Of a DNA stretch of 64,000 bases, positions 25,987 through 33,741 are shown one piece after another. The first letter of the stretch is position 1. Each line of letters opens with the position of its first letter. Source of the DNA: a virus; the IMG/VR virus record IMGVR_UViG_3300036770_006330. The stretch is one strand, 5' to 3'. The notes below the pieces were generated by a model. The model did not search any database. It worked only from the letters and a program-made list of their open reading frames with translations, and was not told the DNA's origin. The translations under genes were made by a program, and so were the position numbers.

Positions 25987-26410
25987 GCGCCTCGAGGACA
26001 AGGAGATAGTCCGCAAGGCCCTCCTGGTGCCCGACGCGGAGGTCCAGCTCGTCTGGCGTGCCTGGGTTAACGCCCACGGGTCCTCCGGCCGCGGGAAAGC
26101 TCCCAAGCTCACCGAAGACAGGTACGACCTCATCCGGGCCGCAATAATCAAATATGGTCTTCAACAATGCATCAAGGCCTGTTACGGGATTCTCTACTCC
26201 GACTGGCATATGGGCAACAATCCAGGAACCAAGGTTTATAACTCCCTCGAGCTCATCCTCAGGGACGGATGGCGAGTGAACCGGTTCGTAAAGCTCTACG
26301 AAGCCAACAAGGCTGAATTCCAGGGAGTTGTTCTTACCGTCGAGGAGCCTTTGCAAATCGGGGAAGACCTCGGTAGTATCGCTAATACATCAACGGTGGC
26401 GGAAGAGTAG
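25976..26410 (+). CDS. putative replication-initiator-like protein (C-terminal helical domain type)
   Basis: W.....KLT..R...I......G...C..A...I....W..G.N......LELILR; adjacent to loader-like gene. Confidence 0.5.
   Translation: MAFKRLEDKEIVRKALLVPDAEVQLVWRAWVNAHGSSGRGKAPKLTEDRYDLIRAAIIKYGLQQCIKACYGILYSDWHMGNNPGTKVYNSLELILRDGWRVNRFVKLYEANKAEFQGVVLTVEEPLQIGEDLGSIANTSTVAEE
26392..26406 (+). repeat. polar 15-mer copy 20 (last)
   Basis: AACGGTGGCGGAAGA. Confidence 0.8.
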
Positions 26411-26423
26411 GTAACAAAAGGTA

Positions 26424-26894
26424 ATGGAACGAGAGTCAGTGAAGAAACTGGTGGGAATAGCTTTCTCGCACTGGAACCAAGGTATAGCTAGTTCGGGAAA
26501 AGGTCTCGATGCCATCTTGGATGCGTGGGAAAGTGCACTACATGACATCACATACCAAGAAGCAGTGAAAGCTGTTAATCACCTAGCTATCACGGAAACA
26601 TACTTACCCCGTCCTTTTCAGATTCGCAAACAAGCGCTCATTCTGGCTGGAAAGGTCAAGCCGGCTCCCCCTGGGTCAGCTGCGTGGGCCATTCTCCAGA
26701 ATGTGGCACGAGACGTCAATACAGGCGCTATAGAGCCCACAAACATGCACGAGGTGGTTCTCACCACCATCCAGCGCATGGGAGGCGTAGGAGCCATCTC
26801 CGCGGCTACAAACGGCGACCGTGCGTTCTTCCTCGAGGTGTACAAAGATGTGCTCGGGGAATGGGAAGCACAGGCATACGGCACGACAGAGTAG
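26424..26894 (+). CDS. putative helicase loader/inhibitor (G39P-like)
   Basis: AW...L.DI.Y.EA..AV......E.Y.P.P..IR pattern. Confidence 0.55.
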   Translation: MERESVKKLVGIAFSHWNQGIASSGKGLDAILDAWESALHDITYQEAVKAVNHLAITETYLPRPFQIRKQALILAGKVKPAPPGSAAWAILQNVARDVNTGAIEPTNMHEVVLTTIQRMGGVGAISAATNGDRAFFLEVYKDVLGEWEAQAYGTTE

Positions 26895-26903
26895 ACTTCG
26901 CTC

Positions 26904-27089
26904 ATGCGTAAGCGCATGGGCAGACCAACCAAGCAGGCGACAGGGAGATTCTCGACCGTCACCATACGCGTACCGGCGAATACGAAGAACATGATTACCG
27001 AACTCGCTGATGGATATGACATGACCATCACCGAGTACCTTCTGACGCTTGTAGAACGCGATGCCGCTGGAACCCCAAAGAGCGAGTAA
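26904..27089 (+). CDS. ribbon-helix-helix DNA-binding protein
   Basis: GRP...TVTIRVP...K..I..LA....MTITEYL. Confidence 0.7.
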   Translation: MRKRMGRPTKQATGRFSTVTIRVPANTKNMITELADGYDMTITEYLLTLVERDAAGTPKSE

Positions 27090-27405
27090 CCCAGAAGGCA
27101 AGTACAACCTCACGGTCGTCATACCGGGTTGGCTCAAGAATCGAATCCTCGAACACTGCGAGTCACTTGGAATATCAATCACCGAGTGGGTTGCTACTCG
27201 ATTGATGCTTGACATTCGCGAAGAAAGAGGACTGCCGGCTCCGCCGCCGGCTGTAAAAGGAATACCTGACGCAACTGACTCGATACGCGAGTGGCTAACT
27301 GGTGAACGAACTATTCAACCCTGTGGGAAAACTGACTGCAATCCCGAGTGGGAGGAACTACAAAAGATGAAATTCTGCACAAAATGTGGTGTGCGGGGAC
27401 TTTAG
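27061..27405 (+). CDS. RHH-like protein with C-terminal Cys cluster
   Basis: LTVVIP.WLK.RI..HC...GISITEWV; C..C...C..C. Confidence 0.65.
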   Translation: MPLEPQRASNPEGKYNLTVVIPGWLKNRILEHCESLGISITEWVATRLMLDIREERGLPAPPPAVKGIPDATDSIREWLTGERTIQPCGKTDCNPEWEELQKMKFCTKCGVRGL

Positions 27406-27627
27406 CGACTTTTTTGCGATACCAGGAGTTGTCACTCCTGCCAACTATCTGCATCGTAAAACTTGTTAGTGGAGCCAGCCAGCCCTAAGGAGGTAGTGCT
27501 CTCGCACGTTTAATAACAACCGACTGGCTCCGTCCACCAGTCTAATCATCGTCGTCTGGTTTATCTCCACAGAATGGAAGTACCCGTATCACCCTCTTGG
27601 TGATGCACGAACACAGTGTCGCTTCCA

Positions 27628-27954
27628 CTAGTCGCCCCACATCTGGCTGAGTGTTGGCCTCTTTGGACCGATTCCTCTTCTCCGCTGTTCTGCCTGTAAC
27701 TGTCTGCTCGTCATCCCTGCCCATATCCCGTGCATGTCGGCTACTGGGAACTCGAGGGCGTACTCCAAGCACTGCTTCGATACCGGACATGCTGCACAGA
27801 GTGCTCGAGCTTCTGGGATATACGAGATGTCTTTATGGGACTTGGGGAACATCTTGTGTGTGAGCCCTTTGCAGTTAGCAAAGTTCATCCACCCACCTGA
27901 TGCTTGGATATCACTTTCGCTGAGTTGGTTTACTACTTCGGGTGCGTCCGACAT
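27628..27954 (-). CDS. whiB: WhiB-family transcription factor
   Basis: W...ANC...A.ALC.ACPV...CLEYAL...GIWAG four-Cys signature. Confidence 0.93.
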   Translation of the reverse strand: MSDAPEVVNQLSESDIQASGGWMNFANCKGLTHKMFPKSHKDISYIPEARALCAACPVSKQCLEYALEFPVADMHGIWAGMTSRQLQAEQRRRGIGPKRPTLSQMWGD

Positions 27955-28621
27955 GTTCCTTTACTTTCTTTCCACTACCTTTTGTCGAGGTACTGTTTTG
28001 CTTGGGTTTTGTGCCGGAACTCTCTTGTATGTAGGTATGGTAGGGAGCACCTGTATGGACGTCGTACTTGGCTGCTGAAGCCAATGCTTTGGTGGCAATT
28101 GTCCTCGCCATCTGGGTGGTAAGCCACTTCTTTCGCTGCATCAGAACATGAAGTGCCCCTAGTGCGTAGTCTCCTCCTGAGCCGATGGCGTAGTAACTAT
28201 TGGCATCTGGGCACCAGGAATAGTCTCCATCAATCACGTAAATAGTTCCGTGAATTGAAATGATGACCGTGGAATCGTGCTCTGCGATATGGGCACCTTC
28301 TCGCTCTGGAGTGGCGTACCCTTGTTTTTCAAAGCATTCCCGTAGCGCTGGCACGAACTTGACAGTTATGAATGCGTCGAGTTTCTTGCCTTTCAGATTG
28401 CTCGGCGGTGTAGGTGGCTGAAAGGCATGATGCAGGATGTTGAGAGCTCTCACATCTCCGGCTGCTCCGAGAAGGTAGGGTCCGTTCTGGGCGACCTTGG
28501 AGATACCGTTCCCCAAGTGAGTAATCGCACTCGTAGCCCCATCATCTGAGACGTTGACTATCCGAGAGTCAGCACATAGGACAGAGAATCCATCTCCCTG
28601 TATTCCGACTATGGTGGTCAT
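27911..28621 (-). CDS. Ntn-hydrolase, proteasome beta / HslV-like peptidase
   Basis: N-terminal MTTIVG, ADSR, K..., AIGSGG.YALGAL. Confidence 0.85.
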   Translation of the reverse strand: MTTIVGIQGDGFSVLCADSRIVNVSDDGATSAITHLGNGISKVAQNGPYLLGAAGDVRALNILHHAFQPPTPPSNLKGKKLDAFITVKFVPALRECFEKQGYATPEREGAHIAEHDSTVIISIHGTIYVIDGDYSWCPDANSYYAIGSGGDYALGALHVLMQRKKWLTTQMARTIATKALASAAKYDVHTGAPYHTYIQESSGTKPKQNSTSTKGSGKKVKEHVGRTRSSKPTQRK

Positions 28622-28707
28622 TGCTCATCCTTTGCCAGCCAGCCTTGATTAATTTGCGGCGCCGAGCAACCAGTAGCTTATTGCAACAGTGGCTGTGGAA
28701 CCGTACC

Positions 28708-29892
28708 CTACTTTGCCTTGTATTCCGTACCCCGGAACATGCCCCAGCCGTTATAGATGTGCATGACTTCGTAGGAGAACTTGTGGTCTCCCTTGTCCTC
28801 GTAGCAGACAACTCCGAGACCCTGTTGCCAGTCTTCGACAACCGTTAACGGGCGTCCATCGAGGTCGATGCCCCCCTTGGTAGAAGGCACTGCTCCGTCT
28901 ACGCGAGCCAGAGTTCCAGGAGATGCGGCCATGATGGTCTTGGCACCGTCATAGTCGCGGCGGGTCTTGTATGCCGTCTCTACGCGATGGATGTGTCCAT
29001 AGATGACTGAAGTCTTCTCGTTGCCGAGGTACATATGGGCTGTTGAGCCATTGGACTTCACTCGGGTTCCGTGAATCACGCGCAGCTTTTCATTAATCCA
29101 GAGTTCGCCGGCCGGGTAGCCTGGGCGGTACTCCACCTCAAACTCGTCAAAACGACAGAGGCTGGGGACTGACATGACAGGCCAGGACTTTGGGCTATCT
29201 CCCTTACGAAGACCGAACGTCGCTTTGGCATTATCGAGAATGAAGTTGGGCAACCGCTCTTCGTGGTTTCCTGCCAGCCAGTAGATGTCAGCAGAAGGAG
29301 CCGCGGCGCGGAGCTGGGCAGCCAGAACAGTCGCACGGTTGATTGACTCCTGGGTTGTCAGAGCAAACGCAGGGCTCGTGCGATATTTCCCAAGTTCTGG
29401 GAAGTCGATGTTGTCACCGACACAGACAATCATCTCTGGCTCAAGGTCTGCTATCACCTGGAGGGCGACCGCAATTGCCTTCTCGTCGTGGGTTGGCTCA
29501 AGACCCCCATCCTCACGACGGTAGTACCCAATTTGGACGTCGGGAACAATGACAGCCTGCTTGTAGGGCTTTGTGACCTTCTTCACAGAAGGTGGTTTTG
29601 GCAGACTGATAGCAGGGCCGGGTTGAACGACAGGCCAGGATGGACCTTCCTCGAAAGCCGGGCTGAATTGGAAGTGCCACAGGTCGTGGACTTCTGCCTC
29701 TCCCTCGGCATTCTTGGTCAGGGTCTGGGATGTGGATACCTTCTTGATTTGACCGATGTCACTTGGGTCAATACCCTTACGAGAGAGGGTCTCAGCCAAG
29801 GCGGCGAGGAACCTCTCCTTGTGGGCATCTCGTTCTGGCTTAAGTGCTATCTTTGTTAGCTTGTCAGCCATTGAATTCTTTTTCTGGGTCAT
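28708..29892 (-). CDS. calcineurin-like metallophosphoesterase
   Basis: PDVQ, GDNID, GNHE, HG, GHIH motifs. Confidence 0.85.
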   Translation of the reverse strand: MTQKKNSMADKLTKIALKPERDAHKERFLAALAETLSRKGIDPSDIGQIKKVSTSQTLTKNAEGEAEVHDLWHFQFSPAFEEGPSWPVVQPGPAISLPKPPSVKKVTKPYKQAVIVPDVQIGYYRREDGGLEPTHDEKAIAVALQVIADLEPEMIVCVGDNIDFPELGKYRTSPAFALTTQESINRATVLAAQLRAAAPSADIYWLAGNHEERLPNFILDNAKATFGLRKGDSPKSWPVMSVPSLCRFDEFEVEYRPGYPAGELWINEKLRVIHGTRVKSNGSTAHMYLGNEKTSVIYGHIHRVETAYKTRRDYDGAKTIMAASPGTLARVDGAVPSTKGGIDLDGRPLTVVEDWQQGLGVVCYEDKGDHKFSYEVMHIYNGWGMFRGTEYKAK

Positions 29893-30143
29893 TTTGGGCC
29901 TCCTGGGAAGCACTTGCATTGTTCTTTGGTGGATTCTGCGAAGCAGTGACGATGCCCACGAATCGCTTCGCGAGAAATCATGACCCCCTCGGACTTCAAG
30001 GCATCAGAGATGGTCTTGTCGCCCACCTCGCTCTGCATGATGAGGCAGAACGCCTCCTTGGTCTCCCCATCCATCTTGCAGAATGCGTCTCCCACAACGC
30101 AGTTCTTCTTGACCAGAAGGGTGTTCAACTTATCTTTGAGCAT
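29889..30143 (-). CDS. small hypothetical protein (possible HTH/Zn)
   Basis: MLKDKLN...; GGGG SD; ATGA overlap with the phosphoesterase. Confidence 0.65.
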   Translation of the reverse strand: MLKDKLNTLLVKKNCVVGDAFCKMDGETKEAFCLIMQSEVGDKTISDALKSEGVMISREAIRGHRHCFAESTKEQCKCFPGGPK

Positions 30144-30288
30144 GGTTCCCCCTTTTGTGAGACAATACCCACGCGCAACCAGGCGCCCGCAGAAATATTC
30201 AGCGAGACGAATGTGTGCTCGTGCATGGTGTATATTAAAGCACAGAAATGTAATTTGGACAAGCACCACCTTGTAAGGGGTCAGGTAC

Positions 30289-30738
30289 ATGGCAGAAAAG
30301 GTTTCCCAGGGAGCTAATAGTCAGTTAGTTACTCCTATTGAGCTCATCCTTAAGGATGGGAAAAATTTGCCGCCCGAGGAACTTGCCAGGAGGATTCTGG
30401 AGACTGTTTCGAGCACGAGTGGCATCTACTACTCGGCTGATAAGGAAATCTCTCTTTTGACAGCGCCGGCGAGGGTATTGGTGACAATCATCCAGGAACC
30501 CAACATCACTGTTCGCGCGCTGAGCATTTATCTGGGAATCTCTGAAGCGGCTGTCCTGAAATCACTGCGTTTGCTCCTCGACAATAACCTCATAGCAAAG
30601 ACAAAAGTCAAGGGTAAAAACAATTACTCAGTTGTCAAAGAATCGTTCGAAAAACACAGTGATATCATCCATGCGATTCGTGCAATAGCAAAGGTTTCGT
30701 CCGTGGCACAATTAAAGCCCGATGACGAACCCTTCTGA
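30289..30738 (+). CDS. winged-helix DNA-binding protein
   Basis: PNITVRALSIYLGISEAAVLKSLRLL...LI.K...G..N.Y. Confidence 0.75.
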   Translation: MAEKVSQGANSQLVTPIELILKDGKNLPPEELARRILETVSSTSGIYYSADKEISLLTAPARVLVTIIQEPNITVRALSIYLGISEAAVLKSLRLLLDNNLIAKTKVKGKNNYSVVKESFEKHSDIIHAIRAIAKVSSVAQLKPDDEPF

Positions 30739-30919
30739 TTGGAACGAGATTCTTGTGCGCCTTGAGAACAAGAACGCCGACACTTTCTCTGACGCTGAGC
30801 TTGTGCGGCGTGCGGCGGAGGAGATACGCAAGCTCCGTGAACAGCTTGAAGTCGCAGAACGACGCATATCTGAACTATCGATGAAACTGCTGGAACTGAT
30901 GAAAGAAGTTATTCGATGA
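30722..30919 (+). CDS. small coiled-coil protein
   Basis: AAEEIRKLRE. Confidence 0.6.
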   Translation: MTNPSDWNEILVRLENKNADTFSDAELVRRAAEEIRKLREQLEVAERRISELSMKLLELMKEVIR

Positions 30920-31299
30920 CAAATGTCGGCAAGGAACACGAAGATAATCTTGAACTTGCGGACGGCGCTAAGAACCTTGTCGAGCGAGACGGCGTAGACA
31001 ACCTAGAGATGGCAATGTCGAAGGTGACCGAGGACCTTGTTCTGGGGCGCAAGCGTTCTGGAACCGGGCAGAAGGGTGAGCCAACCCAAAAGCAGGTAAT
31101 AGTGAGGGCCACTGAACGTGACCATGAGCGCTGGAAAAAGACGGCAGAAATCAAAGGTCTGTCTTTGGCCGAGATGATTCGAGAGCTCTGCAACAAAGCA
31201 GCAAGCGAAGCGTTAGAGTGTCAACACCCAATTGAGAGGCGAAAGCGTTATCCTTGGGCAGAAATCTGCACAAAATGCAACGTCCGGCTAAGGGGATGA
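30916..31299 (+). CDS. RHH-like protein with C-terminal Zn motif
   Basis: QVIVRA....ERWK..A...GLSLAEMIRE; CQH...CTKC. Confidence 0.65.
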   Translation: MTNVGKEHEDNLELADGAKNLVERDGVDNLEMAMSKVTEDLVLGRKRSGTGQKGEPTQKQVIVRATERDHERWKKTAEIKGLSLAEMIRELCNKAASEALECQHPIERRKRYPWAEICTKCNVRLRG

Positions 31300-31300
31300 C

Positions 31301-31528
31301 ATGGAACTTTACTACAAGTCTTTCAATGACTTTCTTGCCGACGCAAGCATAGTTTACGAAAAGTTGCGCAAGAACGATGAAACCTGGCGTTATGGGCAGG
31401 TGTATTTCAACCTCCTTGACGACCACCGTCCAGACATCTCAGAGAAGATTCGCGGCACCAAGTTTGACCCATTCTTCCGAGATGAAGTGAAAAAAGAAAT
31501 CCATGATTTTGTTGAGGCGCAGTGGTAA
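31301..31528 (+). CDS. phage hypothetical protein (WRYGQ.YFN.L...DPF)
   Basis: ORF with conserved-looking motif. Confidence 0.7.
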   Translation: MELYYKSFNDFLADASIVYEKLRKNDETWRYGQVYFNLLDDHRPDISEKIRGTKFDPFFRDEVKKEIHDFVEAQW

Positions 31529-31534
31529 ACGACT

Positions 31535-32365
31535 ATGGGAGTCAAAGTTCTTTCGGGTATAAACATCGGCAACGTTCCAAAGACGCCGTCCACTCCATTC
31601 ACTGACGAACCAACACCACAGGCCGACAGGGAGCTGCTCTCGCGTGCCCTGACTCTTGGGTATCCGGTTGGATACAAACAGGAACAAGATGGTCGAGTCA
31701 TCCAAAACATTGTCCCTGTTTACAAACTTGAATCACAGCAGATTTCGTCCTCATCCAAGGTCGAGCTTGAAATGCACACAGAGACGGCCTTCCATCCGCA
31801 CATGCCGCATTGGGTAATGCTCCTCTGCATGAGGGGTGATAGCAGGGCGGAAACAACCTACGCACTACGCGACGATATTCTTCAGAAGCTTGACGAATCA
31901 GTGATATCAGTATTGAAAACCGATTCCTTCGTTACGTCAATCGATGACAGCTTCAGAACCAAGAATGAACCAAACGCTTATATCCGTACCCAGATTCTTA
32001 GCGAAGACGGGAAAAAGTTTGTCTATGACTCCGCCTTGATGCGCCCATTGAGCAAAGAGGCAGAGCATGCTCTTTCTCATCTTCGGGTGGCGATAGCAGA
32101 CTCAAAGCGAAGCATCGTACTCGAAGCTGGAGAGTTGATGATTATCGACAACCACGCAGTGGTTCATGGTCGCAAGCCATTCCAAGCTCGCTACGACGGA
32201 ACAGATAGGTGGCTAAAGCGATGTCTGGTTGTTGACCGGCTTCCGCTAGATGAGATGTCCCATGGAGTAATCGACACAAAGCTTGAGCGATATGGGATGT
32301 CGGAGATAGAGTTGAGCGATGCGTCGATAGCTCAATGGATAGAGCAACAGACTTCTAATCTGTAG
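31535..32365 (+). CDS. TauD/clavaminate-synthase-like Fe(II)/2-oxoglutarate dioxygenase
   Basis: H-T-E (EMHTETAF), LLCMR.D, IIDN..VVHGR..F, RWLKR. Confidence 0.87.
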   Translation: MGVKVLSGINIGNVPKTPSTPFTDEPTPQADRELLSRALTLGYPVGYKQEQDGRVIQNIVPVYKLESQQISSSSKVELEMHTETAFHPHMPHWVMLLCMRGDSRAETTYALRDDILQKLDESVISVLKTDSFVTSIDDSFRTKNEPNAYIRTQILSEDGKKFVYDSALMRPLSKEAEHALSHLRVAIADSKRSIVLEAGELMIIDNHAVVHGRKPFQARYDGTDRWLKRCLVVDRLPLDEMSHGVIDTKLERYGMSEIELSDASIAQWIEQQTSNL

Positions 32366-32396
32366 GTTGCAGGTTCGAGTCCTGCTCGACGCGCCA
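32321..32396 (+). tRNA. tRNA-Arg, anticodon UCU
   Basis: GCGTCGA/TCGACGC acceptor, ACAGA-CT-TCT-AA-TCTGT, GGTTCGAGTCC, CCA encoded. Confidence 0.92.
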
Positions 32397-32405
32397 AGGA
32401 GGAAC

Positions 32406-33068
32406 ATGGAATACGGATTTGTACGACTCGATGCTCATATGGCGGATGACCTTTCGGTGGTCAATTCAGCACGGGTATCATTTGCCAAGTCATCAGATGA
32501 GCTTGATGAGTCAGGAAAGGGTTTAATCAATTTTTTGATGCGCGAGCGACACGGAACACCATTCGAGCATAATGCTTTCCGGTTCCACATAAAGTGTCCA
32601 CTGTTCGTCGCCCGCGAGTGGTTCCGACACCGCATCGGCTCTTTCAATGAATTCTCAGCTCGATACAGCGAGGTTGGGGAGGACTTCTATGTGCCGCCGA
32701 TGGAACACGTACGCAAGCAGGTTGGCAAACCCGGGTACTACACGTTCGAGCCACTTGATGAAGGCATTTCCAAAGAGGTCATTGAGACAATCAAAGAATT
32801 CAATACACGAGCACTATCGGGATATCGCTATCTTCTTGAAAAGGGAACTGCGAAAGAGCTTGCCCGGGCGATACTTCCGGTCTCGATGTACACCCAGTTT
32901 TACTGGACGGTAAATGCGCGAGCAATGATGAATTTCCTTTCACTCCGAAACCACAAATCAGCTCAGCTCGAAATTCGAGAATATGCAGAGGACTTAGAAA
33001 AGATTTTCTCAGAAATAATGCCAGTAACGCACGCGGCATGGGTTACAAACGGTAGGGTTGCACCATAG
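32406..33068 (+). CDS. thyX: FAD-dependent thymidylate synthase
   Basis: H.TPFEH, REWFRHR...FNEFSARY, ELAR.ILP, LR....AQ.EIR; AGGAGG SD. Confidence 0.95.
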   Translation: MEYGFVRLDAHMADDLSVVNSARVSFAKSSDELDESGKGLINFLMRERHGTPFEHNAFRFHIKCPLFVAREWFRHRIGSFNEFSARYSEVGEDFYVPPMEHVRKQVGKPGYYTFEPLDEGISKEVIETIKEFNTRALSGYRYLLEKGTAKELARAILPVSMYTQFYWTVNARAMMNFLSLRNHKSAQLEIREYAEDLEKIFSEIMPVTHAAWVTNGRVAP

Positions 33069-33072
33069 TTTT

Positions 33073-33148
33073 TGGCGAGTAGCTCAGTTGGCAGAGCAAG
33101 GGACTGTTAATCCCTGGGTCGCAGGTTCGAGCCCTGCCTCGCCAGCCA
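33073..33148 (+). tRNA. tRNA-Asn, anticodon GUU
   Basis: AGGGA-CT-GTT-AA-TCCCT; CCA encoded. Confidence 0.92.
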
Positions 33149-33149
33149 C

Positions 33150-33222
33150 TGGCGAGTAGCTCAATCGGCAGAGCACCGGACTTTTAATCCGTTGGTTGTG
33201 GGTTCGATTCCCATCTCGCCAA
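33150..33222 (+). tRNA. tRNA-Lys, anticodon UUU
   Basis: CGGA-CT-TTT-AA-TCCG; GGTTCGATTCC. Confidence 0.9.
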
Positions 33223-33354
33223 CGAAATTGGTATCCTTGAATTGGTGCGTCGGAGCCCATCCGACGTAGACTCAAGTGGGCTTGGCCTTTGTCCAGAGGG
33301 CGACATAATTCTGTGGGTTTGGGTGCATCCACAAAGCGTCTGGTCACACCCAAT

Positions 33355-33441
33355 GGAGCGGTGGCAGAGAGGCTTATCGCACCTGTCTTGAAAACAGGAG
33401 TCCGTTTGTGCGGACCGGGGGTTCAAATCCCTCCCGCTCCT
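33355..33441 (+). tRNA. tRNA-Ser, anticodon UGA
   Basis: CCTGT-CT-TGA-AA-ACAGG, long variable arm GTCCG-TTTGTG-CGGAC. Confidence 0.9.
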
Positions 33442-33511
33442 CGAGTAGGATGACAAAGAGGGGACTGCGTGTCTAACGCGTCTTAAACGACACTGTGGTG
33501 TGCCCTCAGAA

Positions 33512-33586
33512 CGGGATGTAGCACAGCTTGGCTAGTGCGCCTGGTTTGGGACCAGGAGGTCGCAGGTTCAAATCCTGCCATCCCGA
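33512..33586 (+). tRNA. tRNA-Pro, anticodon UGG
   Basis: CGGGATG/CATCCCG; CCTGG-TT-TGG-GA-CCAGG. Confidence 0.92.
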
Positions 33587-33662
33587 CAAGTACAAAGTCA
33601 TTGAGAAAATTTGCTATTCCGTGATTTTCTCGAGTACTTTGTACTTGTACAGCATTTATTGT

Positions 33663-33737
33663 GCCCTTGTAGCTCAGTGGCAGAGCAACCGCCTTGTAAG
33701 CGGTAGGTCGTCAGTTCAATCCTGACCGAGGGCTCCA
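33663..33737 (+). tRNA. tRNA-Thr, anticodon UGU
   Basis: ACCGC-CT-TGT-AA-GCGGT; CCA encoded. Confidence 0.92.
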
Positions 33738-33741
33738 GTTG

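Noticed and set aside
5089-26406. The recurring motif as a CRISPR array
   Set aside because: Repeats are 15-24 bp but separated by 0.6-3.7 kb containing genes, and no cas genes are seen
5098-26406. GGTGG...ATG in the motif as a Shine-Dalgarno/start signal
   Set aside because: Spacing is only 3 nt, most copies face a terminator of opposite-strand genes, and some copies have AAGA instead of ATGA; only copy 17 coincides with a start
5098-26406. Motif as E. coli Chi (GCTGGTGG) or the L5 stoperator
   Set aside because: Only the GGTGG core is shared; the flanks differ and orientation does not follow transcription, so these are analogies only
32367-32405. N-terminal extension of thyX given by the ORF track
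   Set aside because: It lies inside tRNA-Arg; ATG 32406 has an AGGAGG SD
33073-33737. tRNA cluster as a prophage attachment site or host boundary
   Set aside because: Phage-type genes continue on both sides, and no integrase or duplicated tRNA 3' end is seen
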